From: Candidatus Kapaibacterium sp.
Lineage (GTDB): Bacteria > Bacteroidota > Ignavibacteria > Kapaibacteriales > UBA961
Direction of reading: 5' to 3'
Length of the DNA: 41,401 nucleotides
Assembly: GCA_023259575.1 (NCBI GenBank)
Contig: JALRHN010000001.1
Location: forward strand, 1-41,401
Made by a program: the position numbers and the translations under genes. Positions 1 through 9,135 of the stretch are shown piece after piece (position 1 is the stretch's first letter; every line of letters starts with the position of its first letter). The notes beneath the pieces are model-generated. The model saw only the letters and a list, made by a program, of their open reading frames with translations. It made no database searches and was not told the DNA's origin.

Positions 1-321
1 GCCCAGCCTATTACCGTAAAAGTAGATGATCAATCAACATTTGTACATGATCCACTTTTAAAAGCTATGCCTCAGCCCGCAACTTCGTTTGCAGAAATAC
101 ATATTTCATTACCCACGATTTCTACTATAAACTTAGAACTTTGTTCAATGCAAGGTAATAGTGTTATTACTATTCAAAATGGGTCTTTTGAGGCTGGCGA
201 TCATGGATTTGTACTAAATTTACAAGATGCTGCTCTATCTAATATCTCAAGCGGTATGTATATGCTTAGATTAAAAACGCAAACATCTACGGTTTCCATG
301 CCATTTCATATTGTACGATAA
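1..321 (+). CDS. 3' end of a secreted protein ending in a type IX secretion (T9SS) C-terminal sorting domain; the gene starts upstream of the window
   Basis: Frame 1 is open from nt 1 to TAA at 319-321, so the Met at 67 is internal. The last ~80 aa (FAEIHISLP...INLELCSMQGNSVITIQNGSFEAGDHGFVLNL...SSGMYMLRLKTQTSTVSMPFHIVR) have the length, beta-strand alternation and G/aromatic pattern of Por_Secre_tail (TIGR04183-type) CTDs. A hairpin terminator follows. Confidence 0.6.
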   Translation, partial: AQPITVKVDDQSTFVHDPLLKAMPQPATSFAEIHISLPTISTINLELCSMQGNSVITIQNGSFEAGDHGFVLNLQDAALSNISSGMYMLRLKTQTSTVSMPFHIVR

Positions 322-325
322 GATA

Positions 326-351
326 AAGCCTCAGTTATGAGGCTTTTTTTT
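326..351. terminator. Bidirectional rho-independent terminator between convergent genes
   Basis: AAAGCCTCA (326-334), loop GTTA, TGAGGCTTT (339-347), then a T-run. An A-run precedes it, so it can work on both strands. The T-run overlaps the stop codon of the minus-strand gene at 350-352. Confidence 0.6.
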
Positions 352-1516
352 ATACTAATAAAGCGTAAAGAAGAAGTAATCCAAGGGTATTTCTAATATA
401 TCTATACGCTTTTTGGTTTTTATACTTTATCTCGTCTTCTGCTTTAACTATGCCAAGAGTTAACAGAATTATCAATATCGCTAATCCTGCTCCAGAAATC
501 AAAGATTGACTATATTGAAATGACCTTCCTATGCTAGGAAACCAAGGGGTTCCATATAATAAAATTAGGTGGATAACATAAATATGAAGTGATTTGCTGC
601 TAAAAAAAACAAAGTGATGTTTGTACGAATCAAACAGATTCACAAACCTTTGGCATATACCAAACAAGAGTAAAATAATTCCAATTCGAACAAACATGAA
701 TGCTGGATTTGTCATCATAGCATCATTATGAACAGGAATTGGCATCCAAAGATTTGTCCAAATCATTGCAATTAAAGCGATTCCAATTACTATGGGTGAT
801 AAGAGAAACACTTGTTTATTAAAGAAAAGTGATCTTTTTTCTGTACCTAAACTATGTAACCACGACCCAAATGCTACACCGCAAAGCATAAATCCACTAA
901 AAGGGAAAATTGGAAACAAAGAGCCATGTTTATAGCTTATCATTGCTCCAAATGTTTCAGGTAAAAAAGCAAAAACGTCTATATTTTGTATGTATGGAGT
1001 GCTAATAAAAATAATGAGTGCAGATATACCAGAAATTATTCCTAATGATCTTACAGAATGAGTAATATATGATAAAGCTAATACGAATAGTAAAGTAAAA
1101 GGAGTTAATTGTAAGATATTGAATTGAAGGAATTGCCTCCAAATTGATGTATCCAAATATGGTAAATCGATAAGCCTGGAAGCTGGAAAAACAAGTAAAT
1201 ATCCACATATGAAAATGATTGCGATCCATTGTAAGCGTTTCTTTAGCGTTTCTTTGCTTATTGAGCCACTTTGTGATCTTTTCATAGCAAATACATGTAC
1301 AGCGCCAGATACAAATAAGAAAATAGGTGCTGTTAATCCTCTTAAAAAATTCCACCAGCTCCAAGGAAAAGACTGCACATCTATGAATTGATGGTCTACC
1401 ATAGTATACATTGTATGGCCTTGAATCATCATAATCATAGCAATAAATCTGGCCATATCCAATGCATATAGTCTTGAACCAGAATTTGTATGTTTTTGTA
1501 TTAATTGTTGATTCAT
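350..1516 (-). CDS. Polytopic membrane protein, DUF1624/heparan-alpha-glucosaminide N-acetyltransferase-like (acyltransferase-3 superfamily)
   Basis: 388-aa ORF with about 10 hydrophobic segments. The N-terminal RLYALDMARFIAMIMMIQGH motif is typical of this family (R..lD..RG.a...M...H). Confidence 0.55.
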   Translation of the reverse strand: MNQQLIQKHTNSGSRLYALDMARFIAMIMMIQGHTMYTMVDHQFIDVQSFPWSWWNFLRGLTAPIFLFVSGAVHVFAMKRSQSGSISKETLKKRLQWIAIIFICGYLLVFPASRLIDLPYLDTSIWRQFLQFNILQLTPFTLLFVLALSYITHSVRSLGIISGISALIIFISTPYIQNIDVFAFLPETFGAMISYKHGSLFPIFPFSGFMLCGVAFGSWLHSLGTEKRSLFFNKQVFLLSPIVIGIALIAMIWTNLWMPIPVHNDAMMTNPAFMFVRIGIILLLFGICQRFVNLFDSYKHHFVFFSSKSLHIYVIHLILLYGTPWFPSIGRSFQYSQSLISGAGLAILIILLTLGIVKAEDEIKYKNQKAYRYIRNTLGLLLLYALLV

Positions 1517-1551
1517 AATGCGGGATATGAATAAGCAAGAACGATATCAAT

Positions 1552-1580
1552 AAAAAAAAGCCCTCTATGTTAGAGGGCTT
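1552..1580 (-). terminator. Rho-independent terminator downstream of secA
   Basis: On the minus strand: AAGCCCTCT-aacat-AGAGGGCTT followed by a run of 8-9 T, 16 nt after the secA stop. Confidence 0.6.
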
Positions 1581-1595
1581 AATGCATTCTAATAA

Positions 1596-4500
1596 TTAGA
1601 GTGATTCTTCGGAGTTAGCATGACAATGTTTATATTTTTTGCCACTACCACAATGACAGGGTTCATTTCTACCAATTCTAGGTTCGGCTCTTCTAACTGT
1701 TATGCCGGGGGAAGATTGTTCTTGACTTTGTTGTGGTTGAGATCCTTCCTGATAGTCTTCAATATCGGGTTTTATTGCTCTTAGTCCAGCAGTAGAGGAA
1801 GTATTATTTCGGCCACCCTTAAAAAATCCTAAAGATGGAGAACGCCCGATAGTTACGCTAGGATGATCTAAGTTTGATTCACGTGGATTAAGTGGACCTT
1901 TATCTGTTTGCGCAGGTATATTCGAAGGAACAACTTGAGGATAGTATCTGAATACTACACTTACAGTCTCTTTTTGAATTTCTTGGATTAATCCTTGAAA
2001 TGCATGTAAAGCCTCACCTTTATATTCTAAAAGTGGGTCTTTTTGGCCATAAGCACGTAAATGAATACCCTCTTTTAATTCATCCATAATCATAAGATGT
2101 TCGCGCCATTTATCATCGATAGAACGAAGAAATGCATAATGCTCTAATCCTGACATAAATTCAGTACCAAATTGCTGCTCTTTTCTTTCGAGGAAATCTT
2201 TTGCTGTATCTAAAATTCTGTCTATACAAGCATCTGCTTGCATATTTTTGAATTCTTCTTCTTGAATTTCAACTTCGCATAGCATATGAGTTCTTACAGC
2301 ATCTTTTAAGCCTTCTAAGTTCATCTCTTCGTGATATTGTTCATACCATAGGGCAGATAATTGATACATAAATTCATATAATTCGCCTTTCATTCTTTCG
2401 CCTTGAACTACTAAACGTCGCATTGAATATATGGCTTCTCTCTGCTGATTCATTACATTATCATATTCAATCAAACGCTTACGAATAGCGAAATTATTTT
2501 CTTCTACTTTTTTCTGGGCATTTTCAACTGATTTAGTAACCATTCCAGCTTGAATTGGTTCGCCTTCAGGAACTTTTAGAGTTTTCATCACACCGGCAAT
2601 GCGTTCACCACCAAAAAGACGCATTAAATTGTCTTCGAGTGATAAGAAGAATTGAGAAGATCCTGGGTCGCCTTGGCGTCCAGCTCTACCTCTTAATTGT
2701 CTATCAATTCTTCTTGCATCATGTCTTTCAGTTCCAATAATTGCTAAACCTCCATTGGCTTTCACAGCTGCTTCTAATTTAATATCTGTTCCTCTACCAG
2801 CCATATTTGTTGCAATTGTAACCTTACCTATTTTACCAGCTTCTGCAACAATCTCGGCTTCGAACTGATGCTGTTTAGCATTTAATACTCTATGTTCAAC
2901 ATTTGCTCTTTTCAGCATTTTGCTTAAAAGTTCGGAAACATCAACACTGGTTGTACCAACAAGAACACTTCGACCTTGTTTTACCAAAGATTGAATTTCT
3001 TCAATCACAGCATTATATTTTTCTTTTTTGGTTCTAAAGATATAATCATCTAAATCTTTTCTGGTAATTGGTTTGTTTGTGGGGATAACAACAACATCTA
3101 GATTGTATATTTTATCAAACTCACCTGCTTCTGTTTCCGCAGTACCTGTCATACCAGCAAGTTTTCGATATAATCTAAAATAATTTTGGAGTGTGATTGT
3201 TGCATATGTTTGTGTATCAGCTTCAACTGTTACACCTTCTTTTGCTTCTATAGCTTGATGCAAGCCATCAGAATATCGTCTTCCATCTAAAATACGTCCG
3301 GTAAACTCATCCACTATCTTGATTTTACCACCATCAACTACATATTCTATATCGCGATCATATAAAGAATATGCTCTTAATAATTGATGAATAGTATGAA
3401 TGATATCGCTTCTCATGGAGTAAATACGAATTACTTCATCTTTTTTGGCTTGTTTATCATCGGGTTCCAAGCCAGACATTCCTTCAATCAAGCTAAGTTC
3501 GCCTGTGATATCAGGAATAATAAACATATCTGGATCTTCTCCTACAGAGGTAAGAAGACTTCTTCCTTTTTCGGTAATATCTATTTGATGATTTTTTTCA
3601 TCTATTGTATAATAGAGTTCTTCATCAATAATAGCCATACGAGTACCTTGCTCACGCAGATAGTCTAATTCAGTATCTCGCATAAGCTTTTGATTATCAG
3701 GCTCTTGTAATAATTTGGCTAATTTCTTTTGTTTTGGAAAACCCCTATATGAACGCAATAATGCAATACCGGCATTACTTTTACTTTCTTTATCAGATTC
3801 TTTTAATAATTTTTCTGCTTCATTAACTATAGTATTCACTAATCTATTTTGAGCATCTACAAGCCTACGAACCCTAGGATTTAACTGCTCGAATTTTTGA
3901 TCTGTAGAATGAGCAACTGGACCAGAGATAATAAGTGGTGTTCTTGCTTCATCGATTAAAACAGAGTCAACTTCATCCACTACTGCAAAAAAATGAGGTC
4001 TTTGAACCATATCTTCTGCATCATTAACCATATTATCTCTTAGATAATCAAAACCAAATTCATTATTGGTTCCATAGGTAATATCGCATCCATATTGTTC
4101 ATGCCTTTGATGAGGTTGCATAGCTGATTGGATGCATCCTACTTTTATACCAAGAAAATCAAAAACTGGCTTCATCCATTCACTGTCACGCTTTGCTAAA
4201 TAGTCATTAACAGTAACCAGATGTACACCTTTAGATGACAAAGCATTAAGATATAGTGGAGAAACCGCCACGAGGGTTTTACCTTCCCCAGTAGCCATTT
4301 CGGAAATCTTGCCTTGATGCAGAACAATGCCACCAATTAGCTGAACATCATAAGGCACCATTTCCCAAAGCACAGATTGCCCAACAACATCATATGTATG
4401 TTTTCTTTCGGTAAGTCTTCGGCATGTTTCTTTTACTACTGCAAAAGCAGAAGGAAGTAATTCATCTAAAGTATCTTGAATACTTGCAAATTCTTCTTTG

Positions 4501-4778
4501 CCAATTTCTTTGATTCTATCATGAATATATTGATGTTCTTCATGATCTGTATTGGAATCATTCAATTTGGTTCTTAAGTCTTCGAGTTCTTGCTTGTATA
4601 CTTCTATTTTAGACTGTATATAGGCTTTAAATTCATCGGTTTTTGCCCTCAATTGTTCGTCTGTTAAACTATGTAATTGGGCATATTCTTCATTAATTTG
4701 AGTGATAACAGGCCTTAAAGCTTGTACATCTTTCTCATGTTTTGTTCCGCCAAATATTTTCTTAAGAATCGAAAGCAT
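1596..4778 (-). CDS. secA: Preprotein translocase ATPase SecA
   Basis: 1060 aa. Walker A MATGEGKTLV and DEAD-like VDEVDSVLIDEARTPLIISG are present, as are the PPXD and helical scaffold regions. A long low-complexity linker precedes the C-terminal zinc-binding SEC-C motif CHCGSGKKYKHCH. Confidence 0.97.
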   Translation of the reverse strand: MLSILKKIFGGTKHEKDVQALRPVITQINEEYAQLHSLTDEQLRAKTDEFKAYIQSKIEVYKQELEDLRTKLNDSNTDHEEHQYIHDRIKEIGKEEFASIQDTLDELLPSAFAVVKETCRRLTERKHTYDVVGQSVLWEMVPYDVQLIGGIVLHQGKISEMATGEGKTLVAVSPLYLNALSSKGVHLVTVNDYLAKRDSEWMKPVFDFLGIKVGCIQSAMQPHQRHEQYGCDITYGTNNEFGFDYLRDNMVNDAEDMVQRPHFFAVVDEVDSVLIDEARTPLIISGPVAHSTDQKFEQLNPRVRRLVDAQNRLVNTIVNEAEKLLKESDKESKSNAGIALLRSYRGFPKQKKLAKLLQEPDNQKLMRDTELDYLREQGTRMAIIDEELYYTIDEKNHQIDITEKGRSLLTSVGEDPDMFIIPDITGELSLIEGMSGLEPDDKQAKKDEVIRIYSMRSDIIHTIHQLLRAYSLYDRDIEYVVDGGKIKIVDEFTGRILDGRRYSDGLHQAIEAKEGVTVEADTQTYATITLQNYFRLYRKLAGMTGTAETEAGEFDKIYNLDVVVIPTNKPITRKDLDDYIFRTKKEKYNAVIEEIQSLVKQGRSVLVGTTSVDVSELLSKMLKRANVEHRVLNAKQHQFEAEIVAEAGKIGKVTIATNMAGRGTDIKLEAAVKANGGLAIIGTERHDARRIDRQLRGRAGRQGDPGSSQFFLSLEDNLMRLFGGERIAGVMKTLKVPEGEPIQAGMVTKSVENAQKKVEENNFAIRKRLIEYDNVMNQQREAIYSMRRLVVQGERMKGELYEFMYQLSALWYEQYHEEMNLEGLKDAVRTHMLCEVEIQEEEFKNMQADACIDRILDTAKDFLERKEQQFGTEFMSGLEHYAFLRSIDDKWREHLMIMDELKEGIHLRAYGQKDPLLEYKGEALHAFQGLIQEIQKETVSVVFRYYPQVVPSNIPAQTDKGPLNPRESNLDHPSVTIGRSPSLGFFKGGRNNTSSTAGLRAIKPDIEDYQEGSQPQQSQEQSSPGITVRRAEPRIGRNEPCHCGSGKKYKHCHANSEESL

Positions 4779-5014
4779 ATTGATTCTTTTCCTACTAACT
4801 GTAAATAATCATTGTGCCCTATTTGAAACTCAAATAAAAGGGAATCTTAAAATCCCAAGAGCATTCAAAATTAGCCTAATTTTTTGTAACTATAACACCT
4901 TTTGACGCATAAAATGGAAATGTATTACCATTATTATTAAATTCTGTTTATAATTTACATGTCAAATAGTAAATAATTAGAAAATACAAAGAATTTACCT
5001 TTCTGTAAGTTCGG

Positions 5015-5022
5015 TATATTTG
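5015..5022 (+). promoter_or_regulatory. Possible Bacteroidetes-type -7 promoter element (TAnnTTTG)
   Basis: TATATTTG lies 36 nt upstream of the ATG at 5058. No convincing -33 TTTG partner was seen. Confidence 0.3.
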
Positions 5023-5057
5023 CACTGTATTTTACATAGAATTGCGGATATGATAAT

Positions 5058-5984
5058 ATGAAAATTGCAATTACTGGTGGTGCTGGTTTCATTGCTTCTC
5101 ACATAGCAGATGCTTATATAGCTTTAGGACATGAAGTTTGGATTATTGATAATTTAAGCACGGGAAAACAAGAAAATATTCCTGAAAAAGCTTGTTTTGT
5201 CAAAATGGATGTGAATGACCCTGCTATTCATGATCTTTTTTCACAAGAAAAATTTGATATTATCAATCATCATGCAGCACAAATGGATGTTCGAGTCTCT
5301 GTAAATGATCCATCGCATGATGCCCGAATTAATATATTAGGCGGAATTAATATTTATGAGGCAGCTAAAAACTCTGGAGTAAAGAAAATAATTTTTGCTT
5401 CTAGTGGTGGAACAGTGTATGGTGAACAAGAAATTTTTCCTGCCGATGAGTCGCATTCTACAAAACCCATTTCTCCATATGGAGTTGCAAAATTATCCAA
5501 TGAACATTATTTGTATTATTATTCTGCTGTTTATGGTATCCCATTTGTAGCTTTTAGATATGCTAATGTATATGGCCCAAGGCAAAATCCCCATGGAGAA
5601 GCAGGTGTTATTGCAATTTTTACCCAAAAATTATTAGCAGGCGAGCAACCAATCATAAATGGAGATGGACTGCAGACAAGAGATTATGTATATGTTGGTG
5701 ATGTAGTTAAAGCAAATGAATTAGCAATTTCTACTGATATGCAAGGGGCATTTAATATCGGTACTTCGATAGAAACAGACGTCAATACTTTGTTTAGACA
5801 TTTACATTCATTAATCGGAGCTACTTGTTCCGAGCAACATATTCCAGCTAAAACAGGGGAACAAAGACGCAGTGTATTGTCATATAATCGTATTCAACAA
5901 CAATATGGATGGAAGCCCTCAATGGAAATTCGTGCTGGATTAGAAAAAACAGTAGAATCTTTTCGTGTAAAGAGTATAAAGTGA
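5058..5984 (+). CDS. NAD-dependent epimerase/dehydratase (extended SDR; UDP-hexose 4-epimerase-like)
   Basis: 308 aa with the N-terminal Rossmann motif GGAGFIASHIAD and the catalytic YGVAKL (YxxxK). Overall similarity is to GalE-type SDRs. Confidence 0.85.
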   Translation: MKIAITGGAGFIASHIADAYIALGHEVWIIDNLSTGKQENIPEKACFVKMDVNDPAIHDLFSQEKFDIINHHAAQMDVRVSVNDPSHDARINILGGINIYEAAKNSGVKKIIFASSGGTVYGEQEIFPADESHSTKPISPYGVAKLSNEHYLYYYSAVYGIPFVAFRYANVYGPRQNPHGEAGVIAIFTQKLLAGEQPIINGDGLQTRDYVYVGDVVKANELAISTDMQGAFNIGTSIETDVNTLFRHLHSLIGATCSEQHIPAKTGEQRRSVLSYNRIQQQYGWKPSMEIRAGLEKTVESFRVKSIK

Positions 5985-6934
5985 GCGATATTATTCCCAA
6001 AAGATCCGTCCTTGCTATTGTTGGGCCAACTGCTTCAGGAAAAACAGATCTGTCTTTTCAGATTGCTGCATCTTGTAATCGAAAGGTAGATTTAATCTGT
6101 GCGGACTCTAGACAAATTTACAGGGGAATGGATATTGGAACTGCTAAACCAAGTAAAGAAGAACAATCACTATTTCCTCATCACTGTATAGATATCTGTA
6201 ATCCAGATGAACATTTTAGTGCAGGGAAATTTGCTCAATATGCCAGAACATGCATAGATAATAGTATTAATCAAGATAGAATTCCAATCATAGTTGGTGG
6301 ATCTGGTTTATATATTCAAGCTCTTTGCGAAGGTTTTTTTTCATTTGAAAGCAAAGAAAACTCATTAGATATTCGCCAAGAACTTCAAGAATTACTGTTA
6401 ATTAAAGGAAAAGAATTTCTATTCCAAGAGTTAAAAAAGGTAGATCCCACAAGTGCAGAAGAATATAGTGATATGAATCCAAGAAGAATCATGAGAGCAT
6501 TGGAGTTCTATAAAAGTACAGGGTTGCAGTTTTCAAAAGAAAAAAAAGAACATATCAGTGTGCCAACATTTGCAACAACATATATCGGAATAGCTTTTCA
6601 AAGAGACAAACTATATGATAGAATTAATAAACGTTCCGAATATATGTGGAATAATGGCTTAATTGAAGAAACATCTCAATTGCTGAGCAATGGATACAAT
6701 CCAACATTAAATGCTCTGAATACAGTTGGATATAAAGAAGCGGTTAAAGTGTTGCAAGGTGAGCTTAAGCACAAAGAAGGTTTGGAAGCTATGAAACAAG
6801 CTACAAGACGATATGCAAAAAGACAGTTAACATGGTTCGGAAATCAAATTCATGTTCAATGGATATATGAAGAAAATCTAAAAGAATATGTAGAGAACAT
6901 GAATATAGAAAAACTAAATCACCAAATATCATAG
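5981..6934 (+). CDS. miaA: tRNA dimethylallyltransferase (tRNA delta2-isopentenylpyrophosphate transferase)
   Basis: The P-loop IVGPTASGKT lies about 15 aa from the proposed GTG start at 5981, and DSRQIYRGMDIGTAKP is a MiaA signature. The ORF-track ATG at 5909 lies inside the upstream epimerase gene. The GTG overlaps the epimerase TGA (GTGA). Confidence 0.9.
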   Translation: MSDIIPKRSVLAIVGPTASGKTDLSFQIAASCNRKVDLICADSRQIYRGMDIGTAKPSKEEQSLFPHHCIDICNPDEHFSAGKFAQYARTCIDNSINQDRIPIIVGGSGLYIQALCEGFFSFESKENSLDIRQELQELLLIKGKEFLFQELKKVDPTSAEEYSDMNPRRIMRALEFYKSTGLQFSKEKKEHISVPTFATTYIGIAFQRDKLYDRINKRSEYMWNNGLIEETSQLLSNGYNPTLNALNTVGYKEAVKVLQGELKHKEGLEAMKQATRRYAKRQLTWFGNQIHVQWIYEENLKEYVENMNIEKLNHQIS

Positions 6935-7108
6935 GCTTAGTTGCATAATTCAAAATAATATGTTATTTTGCCAAGCTAAAATTAGAAAGCACTTTTCATA
7001 TATGTATCAATATATCATCCCCTTGTGAGGAAGAGAAAAGCAGAGCTCAAGTGCTATAACTATGAAACAGAGCAATGTTTTACTTATATCGCAAATAGAA
7101 AGGTTCCT

Positions 7109-9025
7109 ATGTCCGAAACGACCGAAACTGCAGCGCAAGAACAAGATATTATGTCTGTTGTTTTGCCTGCACAACAACCTGCAGCAAAAAAGAGACCATC
7201 ATTAGCCGATTTATTAAGCGGAGATTTTGATGTTCCTATGATGGACGACAGTACATTTGATGCTCTTTTTCAGCAAAGTTTTTCGCCTGTAAAAGAAGAT
7301 CAGATGGTAAAGGGTCATGTTATTCAGGTAACTAAAGATAGTATTTTTGTTGATATTGGATTTAAGTCATTGGGAATGATTCCACGTGCTGAATTTGGTA
7401 CAACAGATATTTTTAAACCTGGTGATGAGATTGATGTATTTGTAGAGAAAATCGAAGATACAAGTGGTAGAATGCTATTGTCTCGTCGTCGTGCAGACTT
7501 CATGAAAACTTGGGAAGAGATTCTTAAATTAAATGAAACACAGCAAGTTGTTCCGGTTCGTATTCTACGTAGAATTAAGGGTGGAATGGTAGTTGATTTA
7601 TTAGGTATCGAGGCATTTTTACCTGGTTCTCAAATTGACGTACGCCCTGTTCGTGATTTTGATGCTTGGGTTGCAAAAATGATTGATGTTCGTGTTGTTA
7701 AAGTAAATCATCCAAGTGAAAATGTTGTTGTTAGCCATAAAGTTTTATTAGAAGAACAATTATCAGATCAACGCTCTAAAATTCTAGATACATTAGAAAA
7801 AGGTTTAGTTCTTGAAGGTGCTGTAAAGGCAATTTCAGATTTTGGTGTATTCGTAGATTTAGGTGGAGTAGACGGATTGGTTCATATTACAGATCTTTCA
7901 TGGGGACGTGTTACACATCCTTCTGAAATCGTAACATTAGACCAAGTAGTTAAAGTTGTTGTATTAGATTTTGATTCTGAAAAACGTCGTATTTCATTAG
8001 GTATGAAGCAATTAACTTCTCATCCATGGGATACAATTGGTGAGAAATATGAGCCTGGTACTAAAGTACAAGGTAAAGTTGTTTCTCTTACTGATTATGG
8101 TGCATTTATAGAAATTGAAAAAGGTATTGAAGGCTTGATTCACATTAGTGAAATGAGTTGGACACAGCATGTAAAGCATCCTTCTCAGATGGTTTCTATG
8201 GGACAAGTTATTGATGCTATCGTTTTGAACATTGATAAAAATGACAAAAAACTTGCTCTTGGAATGAAACAATTAGAGCCAGATCCTTGGGCAGATTTAT
8301 TAGCTAAATATCCTGTTGATTCAGTTCACAAAGGTATTGTGCGTAATCTTACTAATTTTGGTCTTTTTGTAGAACTTGAGCCAGGTGTAGATGGATTAGT
8401 TCATATTAGTGATCTATCTTGGACAAAGAAGATTCGTCATCCGGGCGAATTTGTTAAAAAAGGTGATTCTTTAGATGTAGTTGTATTATCAATTGATTCA
8501 CAAAATCGTCGTATTGCATTAGGCCATAAGCAAATAACAGAAAATCCATGGGATTTCTTTGCTGAACGTTATGCGGTTGGTTCAGAATCCGAAGGAAAGA
8601 TTGAAAGAATTATCGAAAAAGGTGTAATTGTTGAATTACCAGAAGGTGTTGACGGTTTTGTACCTGTTTCACAACTTTCTTTTGCACCTGTTAGAAATAT
8701 CGCCGAATTTTTCCATGTTGGTGAAAACCTTCCTTTGAAAGTGGTGGAATTTGATCGTGAATCTAAAAAGATTGTTCTTTCTGCAGTTGAATATTTACGT
8801 GAAAAAGATCAGACTATTATCGATGATTATAATACAGCTCATCCTGTTCCTAATGCAAGTAAATATGCTCAAAGTGCCCCAGAAGCAGTAAATTTAGAAG
8901 CAATCGCCGATGAAATTGAATCAGTTTTCGAAGAAGTTAATGCTCCTTTGAAAGAAAAACCAGTTCTCGATATTGCTCCTGCATCTGATGAAGATTCTTC
9001 ACATGTAGAAAATTCAGCTGAATAA
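7109..9025 (+). CDS. rpsA: 30S ribosomal protein S1
   Basis: Six S1 (OB-fold) repeats are recognisable (GHVIQVTKDSIFVDIG; VPVRILRRIKGGMVVDL; LEGAVKAISDFGVFVDLGG; VQGKVVSLTDYGAFIEI; HKGIVRNLTNFGLFVEL; SEGKIERIIEKGVIVEL). The ATG at 7109 (MSETTE...) is preferred over the GTG at 7025. Confidence 0.92.
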   Translation: MSETTETAAQEQDIMSVVLPAQQPAAKKRPSLADLLSGDFDVPMMDDSTFDALFQQSFSPVKEDQMVKGHVIQVTKDSIFVDIGFKSLGMIPRAEFGTTDIFKPGDEIDVFVEKIEDTSGRMLLSRRRADFMKTWEEILKLNETQQVVPVRILRRIKGGMVVDLLGIEAFLPGSQIDVRPVRDFDAWVAKMIDVRVVKVNHPSENVVVSHKVLLEEQLSDQRSKILDTLEKGLVLEGAVKAISDFGVFVDLGGVDGLVHITDLSWGRVTHPSEIVTLDQVVKVVVLDFDSEKRRISLGMKQLTSHPWDTIGEKYEPGTKVQGKVVSLTDYGAFIEIEKGIEGLIHISEMSWTQHVKHPSQMVSMGQVIDAIVLNIDKNDKKLALGMKQLEPDPWADLLAKYPVDSVHKGIVRNLTNFGLFVELEPGVDGLVHISDLSWTKKIRHPGEFVKKGDSLDVVVLSIDSQNRRIALGHKQITENPWDFFAERYAVGSESEGKIERIIEKGVIVELPEGVDGFVPVSQLSFAPVRNIAEFFHVGENLPLKVVEFDRESKKIVLSAVEYLREKDQTIIDDYNTAHPVPNASKYAQSAPEAVNLEAIADEIESVFEEVNAPLKEKPVLDIAPASDEDSSHVENSAE

Positions 9026-9050
9026 GAATTTACTTAATTGTAGAAATAAA

Positions 9051-9081
9051 GGGCATCCGCTTCTAGCAGATGCCTTTTTTT
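9051..9081 (+). terminator. Rho-independent terminator after rpsA
   Basis: GGCATCCGCT / AGCAGATGCC form a stem of about 10 bp with one mismatch, followed by TTTTTTT. Confidence 0.65.
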
Positions 9082-9135
9082 ATTAAGTTATATACATCCC
9101 TGTGTAGTTAATAGCAAAGAAATTCATAAATACAT

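Noticed and set aside
1002-1550. 182-aa ORF, plus the 60-aa ORF at 1209-1391, overlapping the membrane acyltransferase-like gene
   Set aside because: Both lie in alternative frames of a gene with a coherent polytopic membrane protein. Their translations are low-complexity (Y/I/F-rich), as expected from AT-rich shadow frames.
2555-3668. Small + strand ORFs (2555-2740, 3384-3668) inside secA
   Set aside because: They are antisense shadow ORFs within an unambiguous secA reading frame and have no recognisable motifs.
4702-4905. 67-aa ORF spanning the secA start and upstream intergenic region
   Set aside because: It overlaps the secA N-terminus antisense, has no motifs, and the region is better explained as the divergent secA/epimerase promoter region.
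5909-5980. ATG at 5909 as the miaA start
   Set aside because: It would encode 24 extra residues entirely inside the epimerase gene. The MiaA P-loop normally lies close to the N-terminus, so the GTG at 5981 fits better.
7025-7108. GTG at 7025 as the rpsA start (28-aa basic extension MRKRKAELKCYNYE...)
   Set aside because: The extension is unlike S1 N-termini. The ATG at 7109 gives a plausible acidic N-terminal tail, and the upstream part is more likely 5' leader.
9026-9135. Possible SAM (S-box) riboswitch upstream of the YitJ-like gene, as in Bacillus subtilis yitJ
   Set aside because: Only about 110 nt are available and most is taken by the rpsA terminator. I could not find the conserved S-box helices. 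Likewise, no T-box-like leader is evident upstream of trpS (19038-19180) or metG (28286-28362).
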